64,000 bases of DNA from an uncultured Gemmatimonadales bacterium (GTDB lineage Bacteria > Gemmatimonadota > Gemmatimonadetes > Gemmatimonadales > GWC2-71-9), in NCBI GenBank assembly GCA_963828735.1, contig CAWHFW010000005.1, forward strand, positions 1,088,001-1,152,000. The letters are read 5' to 3'. Positions 17,424 to 27,935 of this stretch are shown piece by piece. The number at the start of each line of letters is the position of its first letter. Within the stretch, counting starts at the first letter, position 1. The notes under the pieces are model-generated. The model was not told the origin of the DNA. It saw only the letters and a list, made by a program, of their open reading frames with translations, and did no database searches. Both the position numbers and the translations under genes were made by a program.

Positions 17424-18944
17424 CTACAGGATGTACCTCCGCAAGTCGTCGTCGTTCACGATCTTGGCCAGTCGCTCGCGCACCGACGTGGCGTCGTACA
17501 CGATGCGCTTCTCGGGCCAGTCGGGCAGCTCGAACAGGACCTCTTCCATCAGCGCGGCCATCACGGTGTGGAGCCGCCGCGCGCCGATGTTCTCCATCCG
17601 GTCGTTCGCCATGAAGGCCACGCGCGCCAGCTCGGCGATCCCGTCCGCCGTGAACTCCAGCTCCACTCCCTCGGCGGCCACGAGCGCCTGGTACTGCTTC
17701 GTGAGCGCGTTCTCCGGCTCGGTCATGATCCGGATGAAGTCCTGCTCGGTGAGCGGTTGCAGCTCGACCCGGATCGGGAAGCGGCCCTGAAGCTCGGGGA
17801 TCAGGTCCGACGGCTTGGAGACGTGGAACGCGCCGGCCGCGATGAACAGGATGTGATCGCTCCGGACGTAGCCGTACCGGGTCTGGATGGTGGAGCCCTC
17901 GACGATGGGCAGGAGATCCCGCTGGACGCCCTCCCGGCTCACGTCCGGCCCGCCGCCCTGGCTGCGCTCGCCGGCGATCTTGTCGAGCTCGTCGATGAAG
18001 ATGATGCCATGGTTCTCGACCCGGTCGAGGGATTCGTTCACCACGTCGTCCATGTCCACCAGCTTCTTGAGCTCCTCGTCCACCAGGACCCGACGGGCCT
18101 CGGGCACCTTCACCGTGCGCCGCTTGGTGCGCTTGGGGAGCATCTCCTGCAGCATCTCGGTGAAGTTGATGTCCGGCCCCTCCATGCCCTGGGGCGGCTG
18201 CATCATCTCCATCATAGGAAAGCTCTGGGGGGTGACGTCGATCTCGACTTCACGGTCATCGAGCTCCCCCGCGGCCAGCATGGCGCGCAGCTTCTCGCGG
18301 GAGCGGCTCCGCCGGTCGTCGTCGCCCGTGGATGCGCGCTCGGCCTTCGCCTGGCCGCTCGATCCCACGACGAAGACGGGTCCTCGCTCCGGTTTCTCCG
18401 ACTTGTCCGCCCGGTCGGCCGGCGCGGGCGCGGGTGGCAGCAGCAGATCGAGCAGCCGCTCGTCGGCCCGTTGCTCCGCCTGCGGGAACACCTCGTCCTC
18501 GCGCTCGGTGCGCACCATGTTGATCGCGGCGTCCACCAGATCGCGCACCATACTCTCGGCGTCGCGGCCGACGTATCCCACCTCGGTGAACTTCGACGCC
18601 TCGACCTTGATGAATGGCGCTCCGCTCAACCGGGCGAGGCGCCGCGCCACCTCGGTTTTTCCGACGCCGGTCGGCCCGATCATGATGATGTTGTACGGCG
18701 TGATCTCGTCCCGGATGTCGTCGGGCGCCTGCGCACGGCGCCACCGATTCCGGACGGCGATGGCGACCGCCTTCTTGGCGGCCTCCTGGCCGACGATGTA
18801 GCGGTTGAGCTCGGCGACGATCTGCCGCGGCGGCATCTCCTCGAGCCAGGGGAGCGGTGCCTCGGCCTCGGGTGCGTTGGGAAGGGGAGCGGGGTTGGGC
18901 ATGGGGTGCATGGCGGGAGTCCCGGGCGGCGAGTCGTGGGTCAC
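17424..18944 (-). CDS. hslU: ATP-dependent protease ATPase subunit HslU
   Basis: GPTGVGKT, KFTEVGYVG, FIDELDK, ENIGARRL. Confidence 0.97.
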   Translation of the reverse strand: MTHDSPPGTPAMHPMPNPAPLPNAPEAEAPLPWLEEMPPRQIVAELNRYIVGQEAAKKAVAIAVRNRWRRAQAPDDIRDEITPYNIIMIGPTGVGKTEVARRLARLSGAPFIKVEASKFTEVGYVGRDAESMVRDLVDAAINMVRTEREDEVFPQAEQRADERLLDLLLPPAPAPADRADKSEKPERGPVFVVGSSGQAKAERASTGDDDRRSRSREKLRAMLAAGELDDREVEIDVTPQSFPMMEMMQPPQGMEGPDINFTEMLQEMLPKRTKRRTVKVPEARRVLVDEELKKLVDMDDVVNESLDRVENHGIIFIDELDKIAGERSQGGGPDVSREGVQRDLLPIVEGSTIQTRYGYVRSDHILFIAAGAFHVSKPSDLIPELQGRFPIRVELQPLTEQDFIRIMTEPENALTKQYQALVAAEGVELEFTADGIAELARVAFMANDRMENIGARRLHTVMAALMEEVLFELPDWPEKRIVYDATSVRERLAKIVNDDDLRRYIL

Positions 18945-18969
18945 GTGCCCACGGCTCGCGGCCGCCAGG

Positions 18970-19509
18970 TCACGCCGGAAGCTCCAGAATGGTGATGTGC
19001 TTGTTGGTGAACACGCAAATGTCCGCGGCGATCTCGAGCGAGCGCTGCACGATCTCGTGGGCGCCGAGGCTGTCCATCGGCAGGAGCGCCCGCGCGGCGG
19101 CCAGCGCGTAGTTGCCGCCCGAGCCCACGGCGACCATGCCGTCGTCCGGCTCGATCAGCTCGCCGGAGCCGCTGAGCAGGAAGCAGTGCTCGACGTCGGC
19201 CACCACAAGCAGCGCCTCGAGCCGACGCAGCACGCGGTCGCTCCGCCAGTCCTTGGCCAGCTCGACCGCCGCGCGCGGCAGGTTGGCCGGGTAGCGGTCG
19301 AGCTTCTCCTCGAACTTCTCGTAGAGCGTGAGCGCGTCGGCCACCGAGCCCGCGAATCCCGCCAGCACCTTGCCGCCCTTGAGCGCGCGCACCTTGGTGG
19401 ACCGCGACTTCATCACGGTCTCCCCGATGCTGACCTGCCCGTCGCCGCCGAGGGCGACCCGGCCGTCCTTGCGGACGGCGAGGATGGTAGTGCCGTGGAA
19501 GTGAGTCAC
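18970..19509 (-). CDS. hslV: ATP-dependent protease subunit HslV
   Basis: HGTTILAV N-terminal Thr nucleophile, GDGQV, GSGG. Confidence 0.97.
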   Translation of the reverse strand: MTHFHGTTILAVRKDGRVALGGDGQVSIGETVMKSRSTKVRALKGGKVLAGFAGSVADALTLYEKFEEKLDRYPANLPRAAVELAKDWRSDRVLRRLEALLVVADVEHCFLLSGSGELIEPDDGMVAVGSGGNYALAAARALLPMDSLGAHEIVQRSLEIAADICVFTNKHITILELPA

Positions 19510-19541
19510 GCGCTGATCGCTTTCCGTGGAGTGTGCCTGCC

Positions 19542-20453
19542 CTACGCCCGCGGGTGCGCCTGGTTGTACACCTTCTTGAGCCGCTCCACGCTGGTGTGCG
19601 TGTACACCTGCGTCGTGCTCAGCGACGCATGGCCGAGCAGCTCCTGCACGGCGCGGAGATCGGCGCCCGCGTCCAGCATGTGCGTGGCGAAGGTGTGCCG
19701 GAGCGAGTGCACGCGAAGGGTGTCGCCGCCGACGGCGTCGAACATCGCGTGGATGGCCCGCTGCACGCCGCGCGGCCCGAGACGCCGCCCGTGCCGGCTC
19801 ACGAACACCGCGCGCCGATCGCCACCGGGCCGCTCGACGAGCGCTTCCCGGTGGTTAAGATAGCGCCGCAGTGCGTGGACCGCCCGAGCGCCCACGGGCA
19901 CGATCCGCTCCTTCCGGCCCTTCCCTCGCACCTTGGCCTGATCGGACAGGAGGTCGAGGTCCTCGAGGTTCATGCCGCTCAGCTCCGAGAGCCGGATTCC
20001 CGTGGAGTAGAACAGCTCGAGCATCGCCAGATCGCGGGTGGCCGCGAACTCGTCGTCGGCCGCGCGGGCCTCCGCCCACTCGAAGAGCGCCTGCGTCTGG
20101 GCGCGGTCCATGTACGTCGGGAGCCGTTTGTCGAGCTTCGGCATCCGCGCCGCGCGGGCGATGTTGGCGGTGACGCCGTGATGCTCCTGCAGGTAGCGGT
20201 ACAGGCTCCGCACCGCCGAGAGCGCTCGCGCTGCCGACCGCTTCGAGAGCCCGCGCCGCTGCAGCTCGCCGAGGAACCCGCGGACACCGAGTCGGTCCAC
20301 GGTGGTCCAGCTCCACTGGCCCGCGTAATGGCGGTCGCAGAAGTCGGTGAAGGCCTCGAGATCGCGGGTGTAGGCCTTGATCGTGTTCGGCGACTGGCCG
20401 CGCTGCTTGTCGAGATGGGTCAGGAATTCGGTGACCGCCGCCGCGGGGCTCAC
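19542..20453 (-). CDS. xerC: Tyrosine recombinase XerC
   Basis: [33 protein letters not shown]; topA-trmFO-xerC-hslVU context. Confidence 0.93.
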   Translation of the reverse strand: MSPAAAVTEFLTHLDKQRGQSPNTIKAYTRDLEAFTDFCDRHYAGQWSWTTVDRLGVRGFLGELQRRGLSKRSAARALSAVRSLYRYLQEHHGVTANIARAARMPKLDKRLPTYMDRAQTQALFEWAEARAADDEFAATRDLAMLELFYSTGIRLSELSGMNLEDLDLLSDQAKVRGKGRKERIVPVGARAVHALRRYLNHREALVERPGGDRRAVFVSRHGRRLGPRGVQRAIHAMFDAVGGDTLRVHSLRHTFATHMLDAGADLRAVQELLGHASLSTTQVYTHTSVERLKKVYNQAHPRA

Positions 20454-21748
20454 CGGACCTCCTCCAGGAACTTCCCGAACTCCGACTGCGCCCGCTCGAC
20501 CAGCAGGGCCTTCTTCCGGTCCTTCTTGACCTTGCCCGGCAGCGGATCGAGCAGCCCGAAGTTTGCGTTCATCGGCTGGAAATGCTGCGGATCCGCCTCC
20601 CGCAGGTAGCGGTACAGCCCACCCAGCATCGTGGTCGGCGGGGGCACCGCCGGCGGCCTGCCGGCCAGGCGCCGGGCCAGGTTGATGCCCGCCAGCAGTC
20701 CGGTGCCCAGCGACTCGGTGTAGCCCTCGACGCCGGTGATCTGACCGGCGAAGAACAGCCGGTCGTCGTCGCGCGCGGTGAGCGCCGGCCCCAGGCTGGC
20801 CGGACTGTTGAGGTACGAGTTGCGGTGGATGCTGCCGAACCGGAGATACTCGGCCTGCTCGAGACCGGGGATCATCTGGAACACGCGCTGCTGCTCGGGA
20901 ATCCGGAGCCGCGTCTGGAAACCAACCAGGTTCCACATCTGGCCCGCCCGGTCCTCGCGCCTGAGCTGCACGACCGCGTGCGGCTCGCGGCCGGTGCGCG
21001 GGTCCGGGAGGCCCACAGGCTTCATCGGTCCGAACCGCAGCGTCTCTCGCCCGCGGCGCGCCATCTCCTCGACCGGCAGGCAGCCCTCGAAATAGGGCAC
21101 CTGGTCGAAGTCGTGGCCGTGGTGCTGATCGGCCTCGAGCAGCGCGTCGATGAACTGCTCGTAGCCCTGACCGTCCATCGGCGCGTTCAGATAGTCGTCG
21201 CCTTCGCCCTTGCCGTATCGGGACAGTGCATAGAGTCGCTCGTGATCGAGCGAGTCGGACGAGACGACCGGAGCGATCGCGTCGTAGAACGCGAGCGCCG
21301 CCGACCCGAGCCGCGCGACGATCGCCTCGGTGAGCCTGGGCGAGGTGAGCGGGCCGGTCGCCACGACGCCCGGGGAGGGCAGCTCGCCCGCTTCCTCGCG
21401 CATCACCGTGATGTTCGGATGCGACGTGACCCGGTCGTGCACCGCCTGCGAGAAGAGCTCGCGATCCACGGCCAGCGCCGTTCCGCCGGGTACGCGCGCG
21501 CCATCGGCGCACGGGAGCAACAGGCTGCCGAGCGCCCGCAGCTCCGCCTTGAGCAGCCCGTGCGCGTTGGTGAGGTCGATCGATTTGAAGGAATTGCTGC
21601 AGACGAGCTCGGCGAGACGATCCGTGTGATGCGCCGGCGTCTTCACGGCCGGGCGCATCTCGTACAGCGTCACCTGGACGCCGCGCTCCGCGAGCGCCCA
21701 GGCGGCCTCCGAGCCGGCGAGACCGCCGCCGACGACGGTGGCGTTCAC
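20450..21748 (-). CDS. trmFO: tRNA (uracil-5)-methyltransferase TrmFO
   Basis: GGGLAGSEAA, ELVCSNS, YFEGCLP, AGQITGVEGY. Confidence 0.96.
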   Translation of the reverse strand: MNATVVGGGLAGSEAAWALAERGVQVTLYEMRPAVKTPAHHTDRLAELVCSNSFKSIDLTNAHGLLKAELRALGSLLLPCADGARVPGGTALAVDRELFSQAVHDRVTSHPNITVMREEAGELPSPGVVATGPLTSPRLTEAIVARLGSAALAFYDAIAPVVSSDSLDHERLYALSRYGKGEGDDYLNAPMDGQGYEQFIDALLEADQHHGHDFDQVPYFEGCLPVEEMARRGRETLRFGPMKPVGLPDPRTGREPHAVVQLRREDRAGQMWNLVGFQTRLRIPEQQRVFQMIPGLEQAEYLRFGSIHRNSYLNSPASLGPALTARDDDRLFFAGQITGVEGYTESLGTGLLAGINLARRLAGRPPAVPPPTTMLGGLYRYLREADPQHFQPMNANFGLLDPLPGKVKKDRKKALLVERAQSEFGKFLEEVR

Positions 21749-24135
21749 GCCAGCGCCACCTCCTCTGGCTCGGCGAGCACGATCTTGTGGCCGCACTTGA
21801 GGCAGGTCCGGGTCTCGCCCTCGGCCTTGCTGACCTTCTTCTCCATCCCCACCCACCCGCACTCGGGGCAGGTGTCCGGCACCGGCCGGTTCCAGGTGGA
21901 GAAGTCACAGGCCGGATACCGCACGCAGCCCCAGAACGACTTGCCCCGCTTCGTGCGCCGCTCGGCGAGATCGCCCTCGATGCACTTGGGGCACTTGATC
22001 CCGAGCGGGATGGCGCGGGTGCCCTTGCAGGCGGGGTACGTCGTGCACGCGAGGAACTCGCCGAACCGTCCGGTCTTGATGACCATGGGAGAGCCGCACA
22101 GGTGGCACTTCTCGTCGGTCGGCCGGTCGGGGGCGCGCGCCTTCCGCAGGGACTTCACGTAGTCGCACGTGTCCTTGTACTTCACGCACGCGAGATACGG
22201 CCCGAAGCGTCCGGTCTTGAGCTCGATCGCCGACCCGCACTTGGGGCACCGCTCCTTGGCCAGGTCCTCCGGCTTGAGGCCGTGCGCATCGGCGACCAGG
22301 GCGTTCAGGTCCACCGACTCGAGCGCCTTGCTGAACGGACTGTAGAAGTCCTTGAGCACCCGCTGCCAGGCCAGCTCGCCTTCCTCGACGCGGTCCAGCT
22401 CGGTCTCCATCTCCGAGGTGAACTCGACGTTGAAGATCTCGGGGAACTTGCCCACCATGATCTTTTCGACCGTCTCGCCCAGCTCGGTGGGGAAAAATCG
22501 CCGCTGCTCGACCTTCACGTACTCGCGCGCGCTGAGCGTCGAGATGATGGCGCTGTAGGTGGACGGCCGGCCGATACCGAGCCGCTCGAGCTCCTTCACC
22601 AGGCTGGCTTCCGAGAAGCGCGGCGGCGGCTCGGTGAAGTGCTGCGAGGGCGTGATCTCCCGAACCTCCACCCGGTCGCCCTGCGCCAGCGGCGGGATCG
22701 GCGGGAGGTCGTCCATCGTCTTGCCCTCCTCCTTCTCACGGCCCTCCGTGTAGAGCACGTGGTACCCGTCGAACACGAGCACCGAGCCAGTGGCGCGGAA
22801 GAGGTACTGGCCGAGGTCGAAGTCCACGATGGTCATGTCGTAGACGGCCGGCGTCATCTGCGAGGCGACGAACCGCTGCCAGATGAGCTGGTAGAGCCGG
22901 AATTGGTCGGGCTCGAGGTACGACTGGACCTGCTCGGGCCGGCGGCGCACATCCGTCGGCCGAATGGCCTCGTGGGCGTCCTGCACCCGGGCGTTCTTCC
23001 GGGAGCTGTAGGTATTCGGCGCGGCGGGCAGGTACGGCTTCTTGTAGTTCGATCCGATGAAATCGCGGACCGAGGCGATGGCCGTGTCGGACACCCGCAC
23101 CGAGTCGGTCCGCATGTAGGTGATCAGACCGACGGGGCCGTCCTCGCCGACGTCCATGCCCTCGTAGAGATCCTGCGCCGCGCGCATCGTGCGCCGCGAG
23201 CTGAAGCCGAGCTTCTTGGCGGCCTCCTGCTGCAGCGTGCTGGTGGTGAAGGGCGCGCCGGGATTCTTCCGGCGGTTCCGCTTCTCGACCTTGGTGACCA
23301 CGAACGGCAGCTGTCGCACCGCGTCCACCACGGCCTGCGCGTCCTCGGCGGAGTGGAGCTGCGGCTTGTGGCCCCCGATCTTGGCGAGCGACGCCTCGAA
23401 GGTCTGGCCGTCCTTGGCGCAGAGCGCGTCGATGCTCCAGTACTCCTGGGGCGTGAACGCCCGGATCTCGCGCTCGCGCTCGACGATGAGCCGGAGGGCG
23501 ACGGTCTGGACCCGCCCCGCGGAGAGGCCGGTCTTGATGCTACGCCAGAGGATCGGGCTCGCCTTGTAGCCCACCAGCCGGTCGAGGATCCGCCGCGCCT
23601 GCTGCGCGTTCACCTTGCGGTCGTCGATCTGGCCCGGATTCTCCATCGCTTCGTGGATGGCGTCCTTGGTGATCTCGTGGAACAACACCCGGTGCGTCGG
23701 CGCCTTGGAGGCGAGCTGGTCGGCGACGTGCCACGCGATCGCCTCGCCTTCGCGATCGGGGTCGGTGGCGAGGTAGATGGTGGAGGCCGTCTTCGCGGCC
23801 TTCTTGAGCTCGGAGAGCGTCTTGGTCTTGCCCTTGATGGTGACGTACTTCGGCTCGAAGTCCCGCTCCACATCCACGCCGAGCTCGCGGGTCGGCAGGT
23901 CCCGCAGGTGGCCGACGGTGGCCCTCACGTCGTAGCCGCTACCGAGGTACTTGCCGATCGTCTTGGCCTTGGTGGGCGACTCGACGATCACGAGCGCGGT
24001 CCCCTGGCCGCCGGCCCGCGCCCGGGGCTTGGCCGCCTTGGCGCCGCCCTTCTTGGCGGGCGCCGGGGCCTTTTCCGCCTTCCCGGCCGCGGCGGATTGG
24101 GGGGACTTCACTGATCGCTTGGATCTGGTCGCCAT
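21745..24135 (-). CDS. topA: DNA topoisomerase I
   Basis: VESPTKAK, DPDREGE, SAGRVQ, ITYMRTDS, C-terminal Zn ribbons. Confidence 0.97.
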   Translation of the reverse strand: MATRSKRSVKSPQSAAAGKAEKAPAPAKKGGAKAAKPRARAGGQGTALVIVESPTKAKTIGKYLGSGYDVRATVGHLRDLPTRELGVDVERDFEPKYVTIKGKTKTLSELKKAAKTASTIYLATDPDREGEAIAWHVADQLASKAPTHRVLFHEITKDAIHEAMENPGQIDDRKVNAQQARRILDRLVGYKASPILWRSIKTGLSAGRVQTVALRLIVEREREIRAFTPQEYWSIDALCAKDGQTFEASLAKIGGHKPQLHSAEDAQAVVDAVRQLPFVVTKVEKRNRRKNPGAPFTTSTLQQEAAKKLGFSSRRTMRAAQDLYEGMDVGEDGPVGLITYMRTDSVRVSDTAIASVRDFIGSNYKKPYLPAAPNTYSSRKNARVQDAHEAIRPTDVRRRPEQVQSYLEPDQFRLYQLIWQRFVASQMTPAVYDMTIVDFDLGQYLFRATGSVLVFDGYHVLYTEGREKEEGKTMDDLPPIPPLAQGDRVEVREITPSQHFTEPPPRFSEASLVKELERLGIGRPSTYSAIISTLSAREYVKVEQRRFFPTELGETVEKIMVGKFPEIFNVEFTSEMETELDRVEEGELAWQRVLKDFYSPFSKALESVDLNALVADAHGLKPEDLAKERCPKCGSAIELKTGRFGPYLACVKYKDTCDYVKSLRKARAPDRPTDEKCHLCGSPMVIKTGRFGEFLACTTYPACKGTRAIPLGIKCPKCIEGDLAERRTKRGKSFWGCVRYPACDFSTWNRPVPDTCPECGWVGMEKKVSKAEGETRTCLKCGHKIVLAEPEEVALA

Positions 24136-24297
24136 GAGGACAGTATGCCTGCTGAGGTCATCGAATGGTCAACGTCGGTGGCTGCAAGAAATCGACGCCG
24201 CCCGAACGACGCAAGGCGGCGCTTCGTAAGCCATTACGCTACAGCACGTTAATATCTGGACGCAACGACGGAACACGGCGGCGGGGCCTTCGTCGGT

Positions 24298-24819
24298 CTA
24301 CCATCCTCCGTGCACACGCGCCAGGCGAATCACGTCCTCCGCCACGGCCGCGGCGTCCTTCACGTCCGTGGCCACCTCATAATCAGCGAGCTTGTAGTAC
24401 GGTTCCCGGGCCGCCAGCAGGGCGAGGACCCGTTCGACCGGATCTGCCGCGCCCGTGACCAGAGGCCGGACCTCGCCTTGCTCGCTCCGGCGCGCGGCCA
24501 CAGCCGCGGCGCACTTGAGATATATAAGGAGGCTCTCGGAGCGGGACTCGCCCATCTCGCCAGGCTGGGCCGCCCACCCCCCACCGGGAACGATCACGGC
24601 GGGCTCACGCGCCCGGGCCGTCTTGACCGCATCCCGCTCCATGGCCCGGAAGCGGGGCTCGCCTACCATGCCGAAGATCTGGGCGATCGGCATCCCCATC
24701 TGCCGGACCAGGATGAGGTCGATGTCGAGCAGGGGCGCTTCGAGCCCGTCGGCCACGAGCTTGCCGACCGTGCTCTTCCCGACACCGGGGAGGCCCACCA
24801 GCACCACGTGACGTCGCAT
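24298..24819 (-). CDS. aroK: Shikimate kinase
   Basis: GLPGVGKS P-loop, GEPRFR, GGG, RPL; follows aroC. Confidence 0.9.
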   Translation of the reverse strand: MRRHVVLVGLPGVGKSTVGKLVADGLEAPLLDIDLILVRQMGMPIAQIFGMVGEPRFRAMERDAVKTARAREPAVIVPGGGWAAQPGEMGESRSESLLIYLKCAAAVAARRSEQGEVRPLVTGAADPVERVLALLAAREPYYKLADYEVATDVKDAAAVAEDVIRLARVHGGW

Positions 24820-24820
24820 G

Positions 24821-26050
24821 TCAGTCTCGCGCCGCTTCCCGGAGCGCCGCCCAGCGGGCACCGAGCGCCGCGAGGTAACCGTCGTAGTTGCGACGCATCT
24901 CGACCAGGGAGTCACCGCCGAATTTTTCCAGCATCGCGTCCGCCAGCACGATGGCGGTGACCGCCTCCGCGATGACGCCCAGCGCCGGCACCGCGGTCAC
25001 GTCCGAGCGCTCGCTCTGCGCGTTGGCGGCCTGACCCGTGGCGAGGTCTACGGTGGGCAGCGGCGACATCAGGGTGCTGATCGGCTTCATGGCGACCCGG
25101 ATCACGAGCGGCTCACCGGTGGTGATGCCGCCCTCCAGACCGCCCGCATTGTTGCTCCGACGGCGGAAGCCGGCACGCGGATCGCCGGCGGACGGGGGTG
25201 GAGCGCTCGAGGCGGCATCGATGGGATCGTGCACCGCGGACCCTGGCCGCCGCGCCGCCTGGACGCCGAGGCCGATCTCGACGGCCTTGACCGCCGGGAT
25301 CGACATCAGCGCGCCCGCCAGGCGTCCATCGAGCTTCCGGTCCCACGCCACGTGGCTGCCGAGACCCACGACCACGCCGCGCGCGATCACCTCGACCTCG
25401 CCGCCCAGCGTGTCGCCGGCCTTCTTCGCCGTGTCGATCCGGCGCACGATTTCGGCCTCGACGGCTGGGTCGAGCACGCGGATCTCGGAGCGATCGGCCG
25501 CGCCGTTGAGGGGCACGGGCAGCTCGCTCGGCGGCGCCGCCATGACTCCACCGAGCGAGACCACGTGGCTCCCGATCTCCACCCCGAATTCATCGAGTAG
25601 CCGCCGGGCGAGCGCGCCAGCCGCCACGCGCGCGGTGGTCTCGCGAGCGCTCGCGCGCTCGAGAATGTCGCGGGCGTCCACCCGATCGTACTTGAGCACG
25701 CCGACCAGGTCCGCGTGGCCGGGCCGCGGGCGCGTGACGCGCCGGCGGCGGAGCTCGCCGGGCTCCGCGGCCTCGGGGGCCATCACGTCCTCCCAGTTGG
25801 CCCAGTCGCGGTTCGGGATCAGCATGGCCACAGGCGAGCCCAGCGTCTCGCCGGCGCGGACCCCGGACAGCCACTCCACCCGGTCGCTCTCGATCTTCAT
25901 GCGCGCGCCGCGGCCGTAGCCCTGCATCCGGCGGAGGAGATCCCGGTCCACCCACTCGGCGCTGACGGGCAATCCGGCGGGCAGCCCCTCGACCAGGGCC
26001 ACCAGGGCCTTGCCGTGTGATTCGCCGGCGGTGGAGAATCGCAGATGCAC
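24821..26050 (-). CDS. aroC: Chorismate synthase
   Basis: TAGESHG, RPGHAD, ERASARET, MKPIS, RSD. Confidence 0.97.
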   Translation of the reverse strand: MHLRFSTAGESHGKALVALVEGLPAGLPVSAEWVDRDLLRRMQGYGRGARMKIESDRVEWLSGVRAGETLGSPVAMLIPNRDWANWEDVMAPEAAEPGELRRRRVTRPRPGHADLVGVLKYDRVDARDILERASARETTARVAAGALARRLLDEFGVEIGSHVVSLGGVMAAPPSELPVPLNGAADRSEIRVLDPAVEAEIVRRIDTAKKAGDTLGGEVEVIARGVVVGLGSHVAWDRKLDGRLAGALMSIPAVKAVEIGLGVQAARRPGSAVHDPIDAASSAPPPSAGDPRAGFRRRSNNAGGLEGGITTGEPLVIRVAMKPISTLMSPLPTVDLATGQAANAQSERSDVTAVPALGVIAEAVTAIVLADAMLEKFGGDSLVEMRRNYDGYLAALGARWAALREAARD

Positions 26051-26083
26051 CTTTCTCCCCTCGCGCCCGGAGGGTGGGAGAAC

Positions 26084-26113
26084 GAACGAGCCCGGCCTGC
26101 GCCGGGCTCGTTC
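26084..26113 (-). terminator. Perfect 13-bp hairpin between pilQ and aroC
   Basis: GAACGAGCCCGGC-ctgc-GCCGGGCTCGTTC; weak U-tail on minus strand. Confidence 0.6.
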
Positions 26114-26147
26114 CCGTCGTGGTGCTCGGTCGGTGCCGCGCGGGCGG

Positions 26148-27935
26148 CTACTGGTCCGAGGCGCCGTCGTCGGTAATCCGGGGCGTGACCAAGATAATGA
26201 GGTCGCGCCGATTTTCCTGATCGCTGCTGAAGCTGAACAGCTTGCCCACGATCGGGAGGCCTCCCAGGAGAGGGATGCCCGTCCTGGTCTTGGTGACCTG
26301 GGTAACCGTCAGGCCGCCGATGACCGCGGTCTCGCCGTCCTCGACGAGGAGCTGGTTATCGGCCTTCTGCTTCTGGAAGATGAAGCCAAGGTCCGCCGCG
26401 GCCAGCGGCTGGATCGCCGAGCGCTCCGTGTGGAGCTGCATCAGGACCTGCCGGTTGTTGGTGACGTGCGGGGTGACCGTGAGACGGATACCGGTCTCCT
26501 TGAACTGCACGTTGGCCTTGGCCTGCCCGCCGGCGCCGGACGACGCGTCGATGACGCGGACCGGCGTCTCCTCACCCACGAGGATGTCGGCCTGGCGGTT
26601 GTCGAGCGTCGAGATGACCGGCTCCGCCTGGATGTCGGCGAGGTCGGTGCGCTCGAGCGCGCTCAGGAAGCTCGTCAGGCTGAAGCCGCCGATGGCCGTG
26701 GAGAAGACCAGGTCGAGGGCCGAGCCGGTGATGGTGGCGTCCGCGTTGCCGATCGCCGAGAGCGAATTGCCGCCGAGATCGATGACGTTGACTTCCGGCT
26801 TGAAGGGATCGCCGGTCGCCGGATCGGTGCGCTGGACCAGCTTGTTGAAGAACTGGGTCTTGCTGCCCAGGTCGTACTTGAGCCCGAGCTGCTCGATGTC
26901 GGTCCGGTCCACGAAGATGATCTTGGCCTGGATCGAGAGCTGCGGAGTGCGCACGTCGAGCCCGCGCACGAAGTCGGTGACGTTCTGGATCCGGCTCCGC
27001 GTCTCGGTGAGGATGAGCGCGTTGGAGCCCGTGTCGGCCACGACGCGGCCGCGGTTCTTGGTCAGGATGCTCTCGACCGTCTTGGCGAGCGAGGAGGCCT
27101 GGGCGTAGTTGATCCGGACGATGCTGGTCTCGAGCGGCTCGAGCGAGTCGAGCGCGGCGAGCGCCACCGGCGAGTCCACCCGGATGATCCCGCCCGGCAT
27201 CTCCTGCGCGGAGAGGCCCTGGGTGGCGAGGATGGCCTGGAAGGCCTGCGGCCACGGCTGGTTCTTGATCTCGGCGTTGACTTCGCCCTTGATGTCCTTG
27301 CCGAGGATGATGGTGCGACCGCTGAAGGCGGCGAAGCCGGACACCACGTCGGCGATGCTGGCGCGGTCCCAGGTGACGGTGATCCGAGCCTCGTCGGCGC
27401 GGGTGAGCAGCGCGGCGCTCCGCACGCCCACCTCGGGCTTCCGCGCCGGCGCGAGGACCGGAGCTGGAGCCTCATCGGCCGCATCGGCGACCTGCGCGGC
27501 CCTGGCGGCGGTGGTGGACGACCAGGCCTGGAAGCCCTCGCCCGATTCGAAAGTGACGCGCACGGCGTCGGCCGAGCGGTCCACCTTGTAGGTCTGCGGC
27601 CCGTCGAGATCCACGACGATCCGCACGACGTCCGGGCGGAACTGCGAGTAGCGGAGGTTGAGCACCTTGCCCCGCTTCACGCCGTCGTAGAGGCTCGCGG
27701 TGGTCGAGCGCAGCGTGGCGCCGACCACGTCGAGCACCAGCCGGTCGGGCGAGCTGAGCAGGAAGTCGCGGACGTCCACGGCGCCGCGCACGGCGACGAC
27801 GATCTCGGTTTTGCCGGCGGCCGGCGCCAGGCTCACGGCGGTCACCTCTCCGCTTCCGGGCCCATCGGCCCGCATCGGAGCCGCAGTCCCGAGGACCGCA
27901 GCGGCGACCAGCATCCAGCGATACATACCCGTCAT
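26148..27935 (-). CDS. pilQ: Type IV pilus secretin with AMIN domain
   Basis: Signal peptide, AMIN-like VRIVVDL, secretin core (GIRLTVTPHV, GETAVIGGL, GIPLLGGLP, LIILVTP). Confidence 0.93.
   Translation of the reverse strand: MTGMYRWMLVAAAVLGTAAPMRADGPGSGEVTAVSLAPAAGKTEIVVAVRGAVDVRDFLLSSPDRLVLDVVGATLRSTTASLYDGVKRGKVLNLRYSQFRPDVVRIVVDLDGPQTYKVDRSADAVRVTFESGEGFQAWSSTTAARAAQVADAADEAPAPVLAPARKPEVGVRSAALLTRADEARITVTWDRASIADVVSGFAAFSGRTIILGKDIKGEVNAEIKNQPWPQAFQAILATQGLSAQEMPGGIIRVDSPVALAALDSLEPLETSIVRINYAQASSLAKTVESILTKNRGRVVADTGSNALILTETRSRIQNVTDFVRGLDVRTPQLSIQAKIIFVDRTDIEQLGLKYDLGSKTQFFNKLVQRTDPATGDPFKPEVNVIDLGGNSLSAIGNADATITGSALDLVFSTAIGGFSLTSFLSALERTDLADIQAEPVISTLDNRQADILVGEETPVRVIDASSGAGGQAKANVQFKETGIRLTVTPHVTNNRQVLMQLHTERSAIQPLAAADLGFIFQKQKADNQLLVEDGETAVIGGLTVTQVTKTRTGIPLLGGLPIVGKLFSFSSDQENRRDLIILVTPRITDDGASDQ

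Noticed and set aside
19542..20453. Integrase marking the kinase island as a mobile element
   Set aside because: It is housekeeping xerC in the topA-trmFO-xerC-hslVU run; no att repeats, tRNA or transposase seen at the island edges
24170..24260. Sigma-54 promoter for topA
   Set aside because: TTGCA is present but the GG is 12 rather than 10 nt away
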